Assembly (NCBI RefSeq): GCF_001194135.2
Contig: NC_068985.1
Span: forward strand, 102,302,961-102,335,404
Reading direction: 5' to 3'
Length of the DNA stretch: 32,444 nt
Origin: Octopus bimaculoides
Taxonomy: Eukaryota
Part shown: positions 10,144-22,776 of the stretch, piece after piece
Numbering within the stretch: the stretch's first letter is position 1
Layout of the letters: each line of letters opens with the position of its first letter
Translations under genes and position numbers: made by a program
Notes under the pieces: model-generated
What the model was told of the DNA's origin: nothing
The model's database searches: none
Seen by the model: only the letters and a program-made list of their open reading frames with translations

Positions 10144-10465
10144 ATTTCTACTATAGCCTCGGGCCGACCAAAGCTTTGTGAGTGGATTTTGTAGACAAAA
10201 ACTGAAAGAAGACCGTCGTATAAATGTGTGTGATTGTGTTTGTGCGTGTGTTTCGTGGTGTGTGTGTGTGTGTGTGTCTGTGTTTGTCCCTCACACACTC
10301 ACACACCGTCGCTTAACAACCGATGCTAGTGTGTTTACGTTTGTTCTTACCTAGCGGTGCGGCAACCGAGACTAGTAGAATAAGTATTATCGACCACGGG
10401 GTCGATTTCTTTGACTAAAGGTGGTGCTCCAGCATCGCCGCAGTCAAATGACTGAAACAAATAAA
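10144..10465 (+). mobile_element. SINE group C (head lost in the gap) with internal (GT)n
   Basis: TCTACTATAGCCTCGGGCCGACCAAAGC...GGTGCTCCAGCATCGCCGCAGTCAAATGACTGAAACAA is the reverse complement of the 17627-18047 copy. Confidence 0.92.
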
Positions 10466-11165
10466 CTACCTGTATGCAAATATATGCAAATATATATTTT
10501 CAGTTATAAATTTATAAAAAACACACATAAATAAATATATAATTACATATATAAATAAACATATGAATGCATATACATACGTACACAAATAAATTTATCG
10601 ATAGTACATTAGACAGATTATATTGCAAATTTAAAATGTGCATAAATATAAATAAATCGATTCGCTGACTGTCACTTGTACTGTGCATGTAAATTAGACC
10701 AGCATATCTGTTTGGCTAATACACATGTTGCAGCTTTGAGTACCTATGAGCGATATATGTCTCTGTGACACTTGAAACCGTATTCTAGATCTGTGAACAG
10801 GATTGAACGTGTTTATCTCAAGTTGAGCAGCATTTTACTGCTTCAATTTGTGTAAATGTTCATTTCGTCAAGGAGAAATGTTAGATACTTAATATAATAT
10901 TTATTTTATTTATTTGACGGCTGGAAATGTGCATTAAATACGTACGTCCAGCTAATTTACTGCAATGATTAAGAAGTTTATGGATACAAAACAGCATTAC
11001 ATAATCTATACAGCTGTTCAAAATCGGCGGGGAGATTGACCTCTAAGTATAGAGACTAAGAAAATGTTGGGCTCTTGTCCAATCGATGATATTCAGGCAG
11101 CGATCGAAGATATCAAGAAATATTTACGGATATATTTACCGATGTAAATCTAACAGCCGACATGT

Positions 11166-11191
11166 AGACATACACATACACACACACACAC

Positions 11192-11257
<66 letters not shown>
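11166..11257. repeat. (CA)n microsatellite
   Basis: Direct inspection. Confidence 0.97.
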
Positions 11258-11611
11258 NNNNNNNNNNNNNNNNNNNNNNNNNNNNNNNNNNNNNNNNNNN
11301 NNNNNNNNNNNNNNNNNNNNNNNNNNNNNNNNNNNNNNNNNNNNNNNNNNNNNNNNNNNNNNNNNNNNNNNNNNNNNNNNNNNNNNNNNNNNNNNNNNNN
11401 NNNNNNNNNNNNNNNNNNNNNNNNNNNNNNNNNNNNNNNNNNNNNNNNNNNNNNNNNNNNNNNNNNNNNNNNNNNNNNNNNNNNNNNNNNNNNNNNNNNN
11501 NNNNNNNNNNNNNNNNNNNNNNNNNNNNNNNNNNNNNNNNNNNNNNNNNNNNNNNNNNNNNNNNNNNNNNNNNNNNNNNNNNNNNNNNNNNNNNNNNNNN
11601 NNNNNNNNNNN
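11258..11611. other. Assembly gap (N run)
   Basis: N characters. Confidence 1.
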
Positions 11612-12000
11612 TATATATATATATATATATCGAATCGCCAACGAGTTAACACGGGATCTCCTAACGACAATGTAAACTTCATATAGTCGAGGTATGCAAT
11701 TTACCCCTCGTTTAGATGATTTACTACTACCGAGGTTCCGCTAACTATGACACATATGTGGCTTGGATTTTATCTGCTTCTTCCCCTAATCTTGAGATAT
11801 TTGTTAGCATACACAACAACCTCTGTTGCCAACCGTGAACTATAAAATTCTCTTTTTTCAGCTTATTGTACTTCGATAAGGGGGGAAAATTCATTATTGT
11901 TGCTGAAAGTTGTTTTTCATAACGCCTATGTACTACTTGAGACTCACTAACTTCCTATGCCTTGATCTTACCTTTACATATATGTGTGGGTGGCGGGTGA

Positions 12001-12006
12001 ATGTGT

Positions 12007-12047
<41 letters not shown>
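12001..12047. repeat. (GT)n microsatellite
   Basis: Direct inspection. Confidence 0.95.
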
Positions 12048-12049
<2 letters not shown>

Positions 12050-12526
12050 CAGGTTTAGCTGAGACACGGAGATTTTTGCGAGAGGCATTATACAATAGAT
12101 GATATTAACACTGACGCTCTTGTATTAATTCTATTAATTCTCAGTTTTTATACTACACTTTTGTAATTCCCAGCTCATATTCCCATACAGGCACAAATAT
12201 ACATAGAGAATTCGACTGCTTTAAGAGACCCAATCACATACCTTCTCTTAAATTGTTTTTCTAGATTTCTGTGTTTTCCATCTCCGATTTCCTGTCTAAA
12301 GGAATCATACTATAATTAATGTTATACACACATGATCGCTTTAAGTTTTTTCACTCTCCCTTTTTTTCTCTCGCACTCCTACTGGGTTTTTTTTTTTCTT
12401 TATCCTTCATTCGTTATTATTGTCTTTGTCGGGATTCACAATGCTAACAATTCTTATGGCTATTAGCTATTCTAATGCAGTACCTGATGCTTCTGAAACA
12501 TTTGTAGTTGCATTAATATTAGCGGC

Positions 12527-12549
12527 AACAGCAGCAGCAGCAGCAGCAT

Positions 12550-12588
<39 letters not shown>

Positions 12589-12643
12589 CAGCAGCAGCAG
12601 CAGTAGTAGTAGTAGGTGGTGGTGGTGGTGGTGGTGGTGGTGT
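12527..12643. repeat. Compound trinucleotide array (GCA)n(GTA)n(GCA)n(GTA)n(GGT)n
   Basis: Direct inspection. Confidence 0.95.
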
Positions 12644-13420
12644 TAGATGAGCAGAAGTAAGAGAACGGCGAGGACAAATTATTTGAATTGTCTTTCGTTA
12701 CTGTTGTCTTTCACGAAATTGTTGTTGACGTTGTTGCACTTCTCTGTTTAGATCACACTAGATGTCTCTTCGGCTGAATTAAATATCAACCAATTTTGGT
12801 GGCTGAAATCTTTAAGCAAATGTAAACCTCCATCTCTACGAATACAGATACATATTTACCCCGTTATATCACGTACAAACACATATTCACTCATTTATAT
12901 GCAAACGCAGACAAACACACAAAATCTTTACTTTCTGATTGCGTTCCTCCTCATTACTCACAGAGAAATAGGAAAGAACAACTTCAAAAGCAGGTTTCAA
13001 AACGAAAACAGCAAAAAAAATGAATCATTATTATTAAATTTTACATATATTTGTTACCATATTGCGGCAATTGCTGTTACAGTGTTTTTCTTTTTCTTTT
13101 TATTATTTTTGCTGTTGTTATCAACGATATGCTTGAGATAAAACTCGACAAATTTATTTCCCCTTGTTTTATGCTTTGCCTTAACTTCCCAACTAGAATA
13201 CAAAAAGGAAAGACAAAAATGTAAATCAGTAGATGAGAAGGGAGCAAATGGCGATCGATGTTTGCTCTAATATAAATGCATGCATCGTTTTAGTGCCCAT
13301 TTGATATTTTCGCTCAGTTCATCAAGCTTGTAAAGAACATGGAAATAAATGCACACTATCGCTTTTGTTTAGTTGTTTTATGTAATTTTGCAGTTACCCC
13401 CGACGCCCCCACACACGTCT

Positions 13421-13455
13421 ATAGATAGATAGATAGAGAGAGAGAGAGAGATACT

Positions 13456-13495
<40 letters not shown>

Positions 13496-13522
13496 TATGG
13501 ATAGATAGATAGATAGACGGAC

Positions 13523-13554
<32 letters not shown>

Positions 13555-13658
13555 GCATACATACATACATACATACATACATACATACATACATACATGC
13601 ATACATACATACACACATACATACATATATGCATAGACAGACAGGTAGATAGATAGAT

Positions 13659-13689
<31 letters not shown>

Positions 13690-13785
13690 TAGATGTGTAT
13701 GTGTGTCTATGGTATGTATGTATGTATGTATGTATGTATGTATGCATGTATGTGTGTGTGCACGTATGTGTGTATATGTGTTTTG
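13421..13785. repeat. Compound tetranucleotide tract (GATA)n(CATA)n(GATA)n(GTAT)n
   Basis: Direct inspection. Confidence 0.95.
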
Positions 13786-13953
13786 TCTCTTGCTCTTTTG
13801 GCAAGTGGTTGCTATTTTCAATGCCACAAACTTGAATGGAGGATCCTAATGGGAGCGAATGATTACTAACTGATACATAAATACGTACATGGTGAAATGA
13901 GAAGAGAAAGAAGATATCGAATAGAGAAATTATAGCAAAAGGAATACAGTGCC

Positions 13954-13957
<4 letters not shown>

Positions 13958-13987
<30 letters not shown>
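13958..13987. repeat. (GT)n microsatellite
   Basis: Direct inspection. Confidence 0.95.
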
Positions 13988-13991
<4 letters not shown>

Positions 13992-14149
13992 ACATGGTTA
14001 CGCAATCGACAGTTTTCTCGTTCAAATCAATTGCTTATAATCGACCCTTAAATAATGAAAGGTATCTGTTTAAAGAGTAATTCTAGTTTCATTCACTTGG
14101 TTTTTTGATCTTAAAGGGAATCACTTAGGTAGCAGCAGAAATAACACCA

Positions 14150-14570
14150 ATAATCAATTAAAACAACAGCAACAGCAACAATAACAAAAACAATGAAACA
14201 AGTGGAGAAGAATAATAGAAAATATAACGACAACAATAACAACATGAATAACAAAAAAATGCAACAATAATAACAGCGTATTATTGAACGTAAAAGACAC
14301 TAGTAAATTGCCAATATTATCAGGAATAATCGATGAAACAGGAGTAATTACAACAATAACTAATGAAAATTGATAATAAGGACAGAAGAATAAAAATGAA
14401 AATAGGTGGCTTGCTAAAACAGTAACGATACAGCGATACTATAAAAATGAACCGAAACATTATCGCCACTGACACCACTAACAACAACAATAGCAAAGAT
14501 GTGATGCAATATTACATCAATGGAGAGAATGTAATGAAAATCACATATCAAAAAATAAAATGACAATAAC
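14150..14570. repeat. Decayed (CAA/TAA)-rich low-complexity tract
   Basis: Recurrent aacaac/aataac/aacagc motifs; very T- and G-poor. Confidence 0.65.
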
Positions 14571-14789
14571 CACGAAGGCCGACCGCAAAAGAAAAATTAC
14601 GTAATATAAGTCTCTATGTGATTTTTTGATCTACTAGAAAGAGCGGCGAAAGTTCCCTCAAATTACCACCTTGCGTTTTAAAAATAGATAAGCCAATAAT
14701 ATATTTTGTACATGGCAAATTGACATATTAGAAATAGTTAGTAAGTTACCCTTAAATCATGCCTTGGGAAAGTAATATCTATGAGTAAT

Positions 14790-15198
14790 GTTGTTGACAT
14801 TCCGTCGCTTACGACGTCGAGGGTTACAGTTGATCCAATCAACGGAACAGCTTACTCGTGAAATTAACGTACAAGTGGCTGAGCACTCCACAGACACACG
14901 TACCTTTAACGTAGTTCTCGAGAATATTCAGCGTGGCCCTTTGAAATAGAGGTACAACAGAAACGGGAAGAAAAAAGGAGAGAAAGCTGTGGCGGAGGAG
15001 TACAACAGGGTTCGCCACCATCCCTTGCTGGAACCTCGTGGAGCTTTTAGGTGTTTTCGCTCAATAAACACTCACAACGCCCGGTCTGGGAATCGAAACC
15101 GCGATCCTATGNNNNNNNNNNCCCGGTCTGGGAATCGAAACCGCGATCCTATGACCGCGAGTCCGCTGCCCTAACCACTGGGCCATTGCGCCTCCACA
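14790..15198 (-). mobile_element. tRNA-derived SINE, group B2, spanning a 10-N gap
   Basis: Head TGTGGAGGCGCAATGGCCCAGTGGTTAGG (A box) and GGTTTCGATTCCC (B box); 3' tail shared with B1; ends ...GGAATGTCAACAAC. Confidence 0.92.
15112..15121. other. Assembly gap (10 N) with the flanking sequence duplicated
   Basis: CCGGTCTGGGAATCGAAACCGCGATCCTATG occurs on both sides of the gap. Confidence 1.
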
Positions 15199-15699
15199 GA
15201 TACATAATACCTACAATAATTATAGAGAATAGTCTTTGTTGAAAATCCTCTATCTATGAATCATCGATATCAAGGAGTTCCTGCAGTTAAGCAATGGAAG
15301 TTAGAAATACAAATGCCACACATCAAGTAATGTACATCGTCTTAAAAATATTACTTTGAACCCAGGTGGTAACCTTCGATGATAAGTTTAGACATTCAGA
15401 CCTAAGCAAAACGATATCTAGGAGAATGCTGTCAAATATGAGCCTCCACGAAGTAGCTTGATTAGTTAAATATAACACCCACATCATACCCAAGAAAAAG
15501 TCGCGGCTGAATACGTTGTAGGTAATGTAAAGTAACACAATCTCAACAAAATGAGCTGGTCATGGCTAGATTGCCTTTGCTCATACGCCTACTAGATCAG
15601 TGTTGGTCTGAAGCTACACAACAGCTTCAAAAACAACCGCCAGCTAATAAGAAAAGTACCCTACCGCGCATGACAGTGGCAACATGAATGGCTACAGCA

Positions 15700-15800
15700 T
15701 ACACCTCACCACTATCACCACCATCACCATACGAATACCAACATAATCGTCACTATCATCATCATCACCACCACAACCACATTCATCTTCAATATATTGG
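15700..15800. repeat. Decayed (CAC/CAT)n tract
   Basis: caccactatcaccaccatcaccat...atcatcatcatcaccaccac. Confidence 0.75.
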
Positions 15801-15839
15801 CATCATCAATTTATCAAGAAGACATTAGCAGAAAAATCG

Positions 15840-15890
15840 AATGAATGAATGAATGAATGGATGAATGGATGAATGAATGAATGAATGAAT
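15840..15890. repeat. (GAAT)n microsatellite
   Basis: Direct inspection. Confidence 0.95.
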
Positions 15891-16079
15891 CACTTTAATG
15901 TTTTTAGGACCTATTGGAAAAATTTGACAAGTCTCTGTCGCATCACATTCTGCCTTTCTTAAAAAGGAAACCTTGATAAGCTGTAAATATACTCATAGAT
16001 ATTTCATCTGTTTGTCAGTTAAATTACAAACCTGGCCACTCAATGCCTCTATGGATTTTTATCTGTTTGCGAGTATTGC

Positions 16080-16470
16080 GACCGGACTTCCATGAGATAC
16101 ATAAGACGTATTTCCTGCTCCCCTTTCTCTACCACCAGCGTGATTCAGAGACGAAATAATACATTATGCCTGAAATTTTGGCTGATGGTTTATTGACAAA
16201 GGAATCTTCATGTCTTTAATCTAGAAATATTTTCCTACGAGCCTTTGGTATATTGTCATTGTTTCACTTGATCCCCTTCTGAACCGGCAAAATCATGTTC
16301 CAGTTGAATGCATCCAGGTTGTTAACATATACCTTGTTTCCAACATGATCATACCAATTCTTTTCTGTTTATATATCGAAGTGTAAATATATTGCCAAGT
16401 GAAAAATTTGAGCATACACGTGGTTATGAAAATAAACACATTTGTCAATGTCTGAAGAAAGGGAAATTGT
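16080..16470 (-). pseudogene. Possible ancient remnant of the R4/Dong-type C-terminal (RLE endonuclease) region
   Basis: One minus frame reads HNHVYAQIFHLAIYLHFDI*TEKNWYDHVGNKVYVNNLDAFNWNMILPVQKGIK*...RRKIFLD*RHEDSFVNKPSAKI...SRWW. Spacing matches the recalled R4-clade pattern H-D-N-V-A-x-I-V-H-x14-W-Y-E-H-x3-K-V-x2-N-x6-W-D, but the catalytic PD is not recognisable. Confidence 0.4.
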
Positions 16471-16886
16471 CAGCTATACATAGATTACATACTAGGTTTC
16501 TTTAATTATCTCATCTGAAAAATTATTTGTGCTAGAACACTGAACCTCAGGAGCTAAATCAGACGGCCTGCAGACTAGAGCCTTTGAGATTACACTCTCT
16601 CGGTTGAATCTTGCTAGCTATTAATAGTGGAGTTAATTTGTGAAAAAACTAACACACAATACGTATATCATTCCGTTACCGCTGATTTTAATATATGTAT
16701 GATATGAAACATCGATTTAATATATTTTCCTTTACAAATATTTGCTTGCTTGCGCTTGTACAGTGAAAGTAATTTTGAATCGGTACAAAATTAGTAAAGA
16801 ATTATAGTTGATGTCGACCTAAATCTATTTTGCTTGATATTATATATTTTATCAACATAATCTCATACGAAGAATAACTCCTCTTG

Positions 16887-17008
16887 TGTATGTGTGTTTC
16901 TGTATGTTTGTGTGTGTGTGTATGTGTGTGAGAGAGAGAGAGAGGGAGAGAGAGAAAGAGAAAGAGAGAGATAGAAAGCGAGAGTGTGTGTGTGCGTGCG
17001 TGTGTATG
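16887..17008. repeat. Compound (GT)n/(GA)n microsatellite
   Basis: Direct inspection. Confidence 0.9.
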
Positions 17009-17269
17009 TAAAATATTTAGAAGAGGAAACACCTTCCAGACAATTTGACATTTGCTAGGATGATTAATATTTTATAGTACACAATATTTCCATTTATGAA
17101 CGCGGATCTGTCAAAGATTTCTTGACGAATTTAAATGGACAGGAAATGCGATTCTCTACAATTTATTATGATTTTCAGCCAATATCCTTTCGATTAAATT
17201 TACCTTTTCTGGTAGGTTTTATTTGTCATTGTCGATCTCTCACGTCTCTTTGACATTCTTTCTGTTACT

Positions 17270-17405
17270 ATGTACACACATATGCACACACACACAAACA
17301 CCCATCCAAACAAACACATACACAAACATTAGCACACACACATACACACTCTCACATGCAAACACACACACACACACATGCAAACGCACACGTACACATA
17401 CATAT
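17270..17405. repeat. Imperfect (CA)n tract
   Basis: Direct inspection. Confidence 0.85.
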
Positions 17406-17626
17406 TATGTAGGTATGAACATATGTGGCCTTCATATGAAGGCTTGGCGGTTAGTGTATAAGCTAATGATTGTATGGATGTGCATCGATTCCTCTACGTA
17501 CACATTTTTCAGCATTTGTCCAGTCGTCGTTATCTCTAAAATTTTGAATGTTATAGCTCTCTAGTATTCGCATTATTACTTGAGAGCATTGGTCCTTGTA
17601 CTTTTAGACTGTGGAATACCGGCTCC

Positions 17627-18047
17627 CTTTACTCTTTTACTCTTTTACTTGTTTCAGTCATTTGACAGCGGCCATGCTGGAGCACCGCCTTTAGTCGAGC
17701 AAATCGGACCCCAGGATTTATTCTTTGGAAGCCTTGTACTTATTCTATCGGTCACTTTTGCCGAACTGCTAAGTTACAGGGACGTAAACACACCAGCATC
17801 GGTTCTCAAACGATGTTGGGGGGACAAACAGAAACAAACATATACACACACATACACACACATATACATATATACATATATACGACGAGTTTCTTTCAGT
17901 TTCCGTCTATCAAATCCACTCACAAGGCTTTGGTCGTCCCGAGGCTATAGTAGAAGACACTTGCCCAAGGTGCCACGCAGTGGAAATGAACCCAGAACCA
18001 TGTGGCTGGTAGGCAAGCTACTTACCACACAGCCACTCCTGCGCCTA
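17627..18047 (-). mobile_element. Full-length tRNA-derived CORE-like SINE, group C, with internal (TG/TA)n
   Basis: Head TAGGCGCAGGAGTGGCTGTGTGGTAAG (A box) and GGGTTCATTTCC (B box), CORE-like GCACCTTGGGCAAGTGTCTT, internal microsatellite about 17840-17882, tail (GTAAAAGA)n. Confidence 0.93.
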
Positions 18048-18678
18048 GAAATATTGTACTTCTCCATCTTCATTAATGAAAAAAGAAAAATGAAGTATTT
18101 TGTATGAATGGAAAAAGTGTAACAGATTTAATGTCCAACTCAAATATATTTTAATAGTAATATACAGAAACGACAAAATGGTAGTGGATAGCAAGTGTCT
18201 ACTGTGAGCATAATCTGTGCATGAATAAGAGCTATTCAGTGAGAAACAGCAATATCAGTGAAATGGTTAAAATAATTGGCATACAACGATGCTTTCATGC
18301 GTCCTTATCCAAATTATCTGATTTAATAACATATTAGAAATAATCCATGCGCAAATTTTAAACACACGTGTAATTGTTCGTGATACATGTGAGCCGGCTA
18401 TATAAGAGCATAACAGCAGACACTTCATCTCTCATAATTCCTATTCGTCAAAACTACCCTTGTAATGCTTATACACTCTCGTCCTTATGGCTCTTTTACG
18501 CTTTACTTTTCTGTCTTTTGTAGTTTCATCTGTATACTTCGCTTCTAGCTTTTATTATTGCCCCCGTGTACTTAATATATTACCGCATTATGTCCCCTTC
18601 TTTTACCATTTTCTCGTGAGTAGCGGCACATCTGAGGCTTGTCTACGATAAGCGCCTGGTTATTATTTTGTTAATATT

Positions 18679-18866
18679 GAAGGTAACCAGCTAGTAGAAT
18701 CGGTAGCATGCCGGATGAAATATTAAGCGGCATTTCCGTCGAGGTTGTCCTCTTTCATCTTTTCGGAGTCGATAAAATACCAGTTGAACATGGTGATCGA
18801 TGTAAATGACTAGCCTTCTCCACAGAAATTTCTGCCCTTGTCCCTATAACAGAAAATACTATTTTT
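18679..18866 (+). mobile_element. SINE group A, diverged, internally deleted (lacks the B-box segment)
   Basis: GAAGGTAACCAGCTAGTAGAATCG head; the sequence jumps from GCGGCATTTC directly to CGTCGAGGTTG; tail CCCTTGTCCCTATAACAGAAAATACTATT. Confidence 0.8.
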
Positions 18867-19081
18867 GAAGGCGGTGAACTGCCAAAATCGTTAGCACCCT
18901 AGACGAAATGCCCAGCCGTATTTCGCTCGTCTGTAACAAGTTCAAATTCCGCCGAGGTCGACGTTACCTTTCATCATTTCGAGATCGGTAAAATAAATAC
19001 CAGTTGAATACTGAGGTTGATGTAATCGACTTAGCCCCTCGCCACAAACTTTAGGCCTTGTGCCTATAGTAGAAAGGATTT
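18867..19081 (+). mobile_element. SINE group A, 'type-2' tail, head-to-tail with the preceding copy
   Basis: GAAGGCGGTGAACTGCCAAAATCG...AGTTCAAATTCCGCCGAGGTCGAC...GGCCTTGTGCCTATAGTAGAAAGGATT. Confidence 0.9.
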
Positions 19082-20178
<1,097 letters not shown>

Positions 20179-20182
20179 CGAC

Positions 20183-20327
20183 GTGTGTTTACGTCCCCGT
20201 AACTTAGCGGTTCGGCAAAATAGACCGATAGAATAAGTACTAGCCTTACAAAGAATAAGTCGATTTGCTCGACTTAAGGTGGTGCTCCAGCATGGCCACA
20301 GTCAAATGAATGAAACAAGTGAAAGAG
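20183..20327 (+). mobile_element. SINE group C, 5'-truncated 3' fragment
   Basis: GTGTGTTTACGTCCCCGTAACTTAGCGGTTCGGCAAAA...GGTGCTCCAGCATGGCCACAGTCAAATGAATGAAACAAGTGAAAGAG. Confidence 0.92.
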
Positions 20328-21829
20328 TATACTAATATATGTGGGAAGTGAATAAACGTTGGTTTTCCCATTTCTTCCTATTATTGAAAAAGAAGTTGGT
20401 TGACAGGTGTCTCATATTATGAAGAAGAAGCTATTGACTTAACCTTCATTTGAACAACGGGATCATGGAGACATGCTTAGTGACTATGAACACAAAATTC
20501 CGTGTTAAAAATAAATCTCTGCACGCCATATCATGTCTGTGAATTGGAACCCAAAATATCACCGTCCATAATCAGGAAGGTATATGTTAGTGACGCTGAG
20601 ATATCACACAATGTGTTCTAATCGCTCGTGGGTTTGATATCAATGACTCTGTTCTTTACTTTACGGTTACCAGTGTGTTTTGATATTTTATCATTGCGTA
20701 ACTTATTTTTCTGTGTATTAAATAGATGGGTATATCCTATCGTTATCACAAACTGCAGTTTTAGCATAAGAAACACATGATATCATGCAACAAGTCAATG
20801 CTCATATCATGAAGATAATGGTCTAAAATTCTATAATCTCGTCATTATTTGCATGTTATCATGAAATGAATCAACATTGCATGAATAGAGATTCGTTTAT
20901 TATATTTACGTCAGTAAATCACCTGCTGCTTATATAAATATCATAGTTTGCAAATGCAGCATTTTGTATGACTTCAGAAGCGTGTGACATTTTCTCTTGA
21001 AATTGAATTAAAGAATCTTTATAAAATTTAGTCATCCTTTACATGTCATTCATATAGAAGCCAGAGTTTGGGAATTAATTTCCATTCTATGCGGAGAGTA
21101 CATCGGTCCCTATCACGCGTGACCTTGGGTAGGACGGGAAGGTCACAGTCTGATTTCATCGGCATATGCATTTAAGCCGGGAAGAACTGCGAGTGTAATT
21201 CTCATTATACACTCATTGATACTGATTGGAGGAAAATAACGCGATTTTCCACTCCAAAATTTTATAATTTTGCAAAATAAATAAATACAACAGACTAATT
21301 TCGTAATTTTAACATCTTGTGTTTTTAATCAGTCGACATAAGAATACAATTTATGGTTCTATTCTGGGGTTAATTATAGATAATGATGCATTCCATACTG
21401 GAGGTGAAGGCGAGAAGATCACCCACCTCTACTCTAACACACAATATTTGTTAGAAGAAAATTACTATGTTGGAATCTGGAAACGTTTCAATTATCAATT
21501 TCTTGTCTAATGAATATTCCCCAGTTCCCCCACTTCATACACTGTGAACACACAAAAAAAGAAGAAAAACAATAGAGAAAAAAATGAGACTCACTGAAAA
21601 CTAATCTAAATCAAAAACCAATATCAATAATAAACAAACAAAGACCAACAATAAAGTCATGTCATAAAGAAGCAAGAAAAAAGTCTGGAATCAATTTAAG
21701 ACGATTCTACTGTAATAGAACTGCGAGTATCTATTCCGAAGAAAGAAGAATAAATAATTAATGCAGTGACGATCATGCACATACATTAATACATACATTA
21801 ATATATGTATATGCATTCAATTTATAACG

Positions 21830-21830
21830 G

Positions 21831-21867
<37 letters not shown>

Positions 21868-21883
21868 CCTGGTGAGCTCGCAA

Positions 21884-21942
<59 letters not shown>

Positions 21943-22160
21943 TATAATATAATATTATATTATATTATAGTCTATCATATATATATATAGTTTATATTTA
22001 CATATATATGTATACATGCATATACATATACATATGGATGTATACATGCATATACATATACATATGGTTGTATATATATATATATATATAATATACATAT
22101 ATATGCGCTTGTGTATGTATGCATTTATATACACAAGTACATACACACGTACATGCACAA
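21830..22160. repeat. (TA)n-dominated tract, including a 30-bp tandem duplication at 22009-22068
   Basis: Direct inspection; TGTATACATGCATATACATATACATATGG occurs twice. Confidence 0.92.
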
Positions 22161-22519
22161 TGTAAGATTTAGCGCTTGGCACAGGTAAAAAGTTATGCAG
22201 TGTCGAAGTCCAGTAGATACGTGTCAGTGTTATAGCATATTAGCTAACGTTAATTCCTCTTTGAAATATTATTTATGTTTCAGTTCTCGCTCTCGTTTCC
22301 TCCTTCGATCATTCGTTTATGCTCACATAGATTTTCAGTGACACATGTTGAATCACTTTTATGTCAGCAAAAGAATAAACCAAGACACATCAACATCTAA
22401 TACGTTTTGATTGTATATTTATAAAGTTTATACATTTACTGGCAAATATATTCTTGAAAACATTACTACTAGGGGAACGACAATTACGTTACACACTTTA
22501 ATCACTAGATCTATGCATT

Positions 22520-22776
<257 letters not shown>

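Noticed and set aside
11053-11144. Exon-like TKKMLGSCPIDDIQAAIEDIKKYLRIYLP with locally high CpG
   Set aside because: Weak splice sites and no recognisable homology; would need RNA-seq
12420-12650. ORF resembling a signal peptide plus transmembrane segment
   Set aside because: Hydrophobicity comes from the trinucleotide arrays; no splice or homology support
12977-12990. GAACAACTTCAAAA shared with about 25814-25827
   Set aside because: One 14-mer match is expected by chance in about 30 kb of AT-rich DNA
13378-14005. 149-aa and 203-aa ORFs
   Set aside because: Stop-free only because of tetranucleotide repeats (YLSI, CMYV runs)
15081-15153. 31-bp direct duplication inside the B2 SINE
   Set aside because: The two copies flank a 10-N gap and the 27.1 kb B2 copy has one; this is an unmerged contig overlap, not biology
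15420-15640. Possible old RTE-like RT C-terminal trace (RRML...K*AGH)
   Set aside because: Only a few residues match; not distinguishable from chance by eye
15908-15976. Possible terminal exon DLLEKFDKSLSHHILPFLKRKP* after a good acceptor
   Set aside because: Only 22 codons, unrecognised, with no linked upstream exon
17580-18107. 175-aa plus-strand ORF
   Set aside because: Almost entirely the antisense of the group C SINE and its microsatellite
18540-18660. Minus-strand KRRGHNAVIY*VH resembling the direct R4 continuation after the SINE pair
   Set aside because: Needs several frameshifts to align and the similarity does not continue; too weak, though worth including in the profile search suggested for 16080-16470
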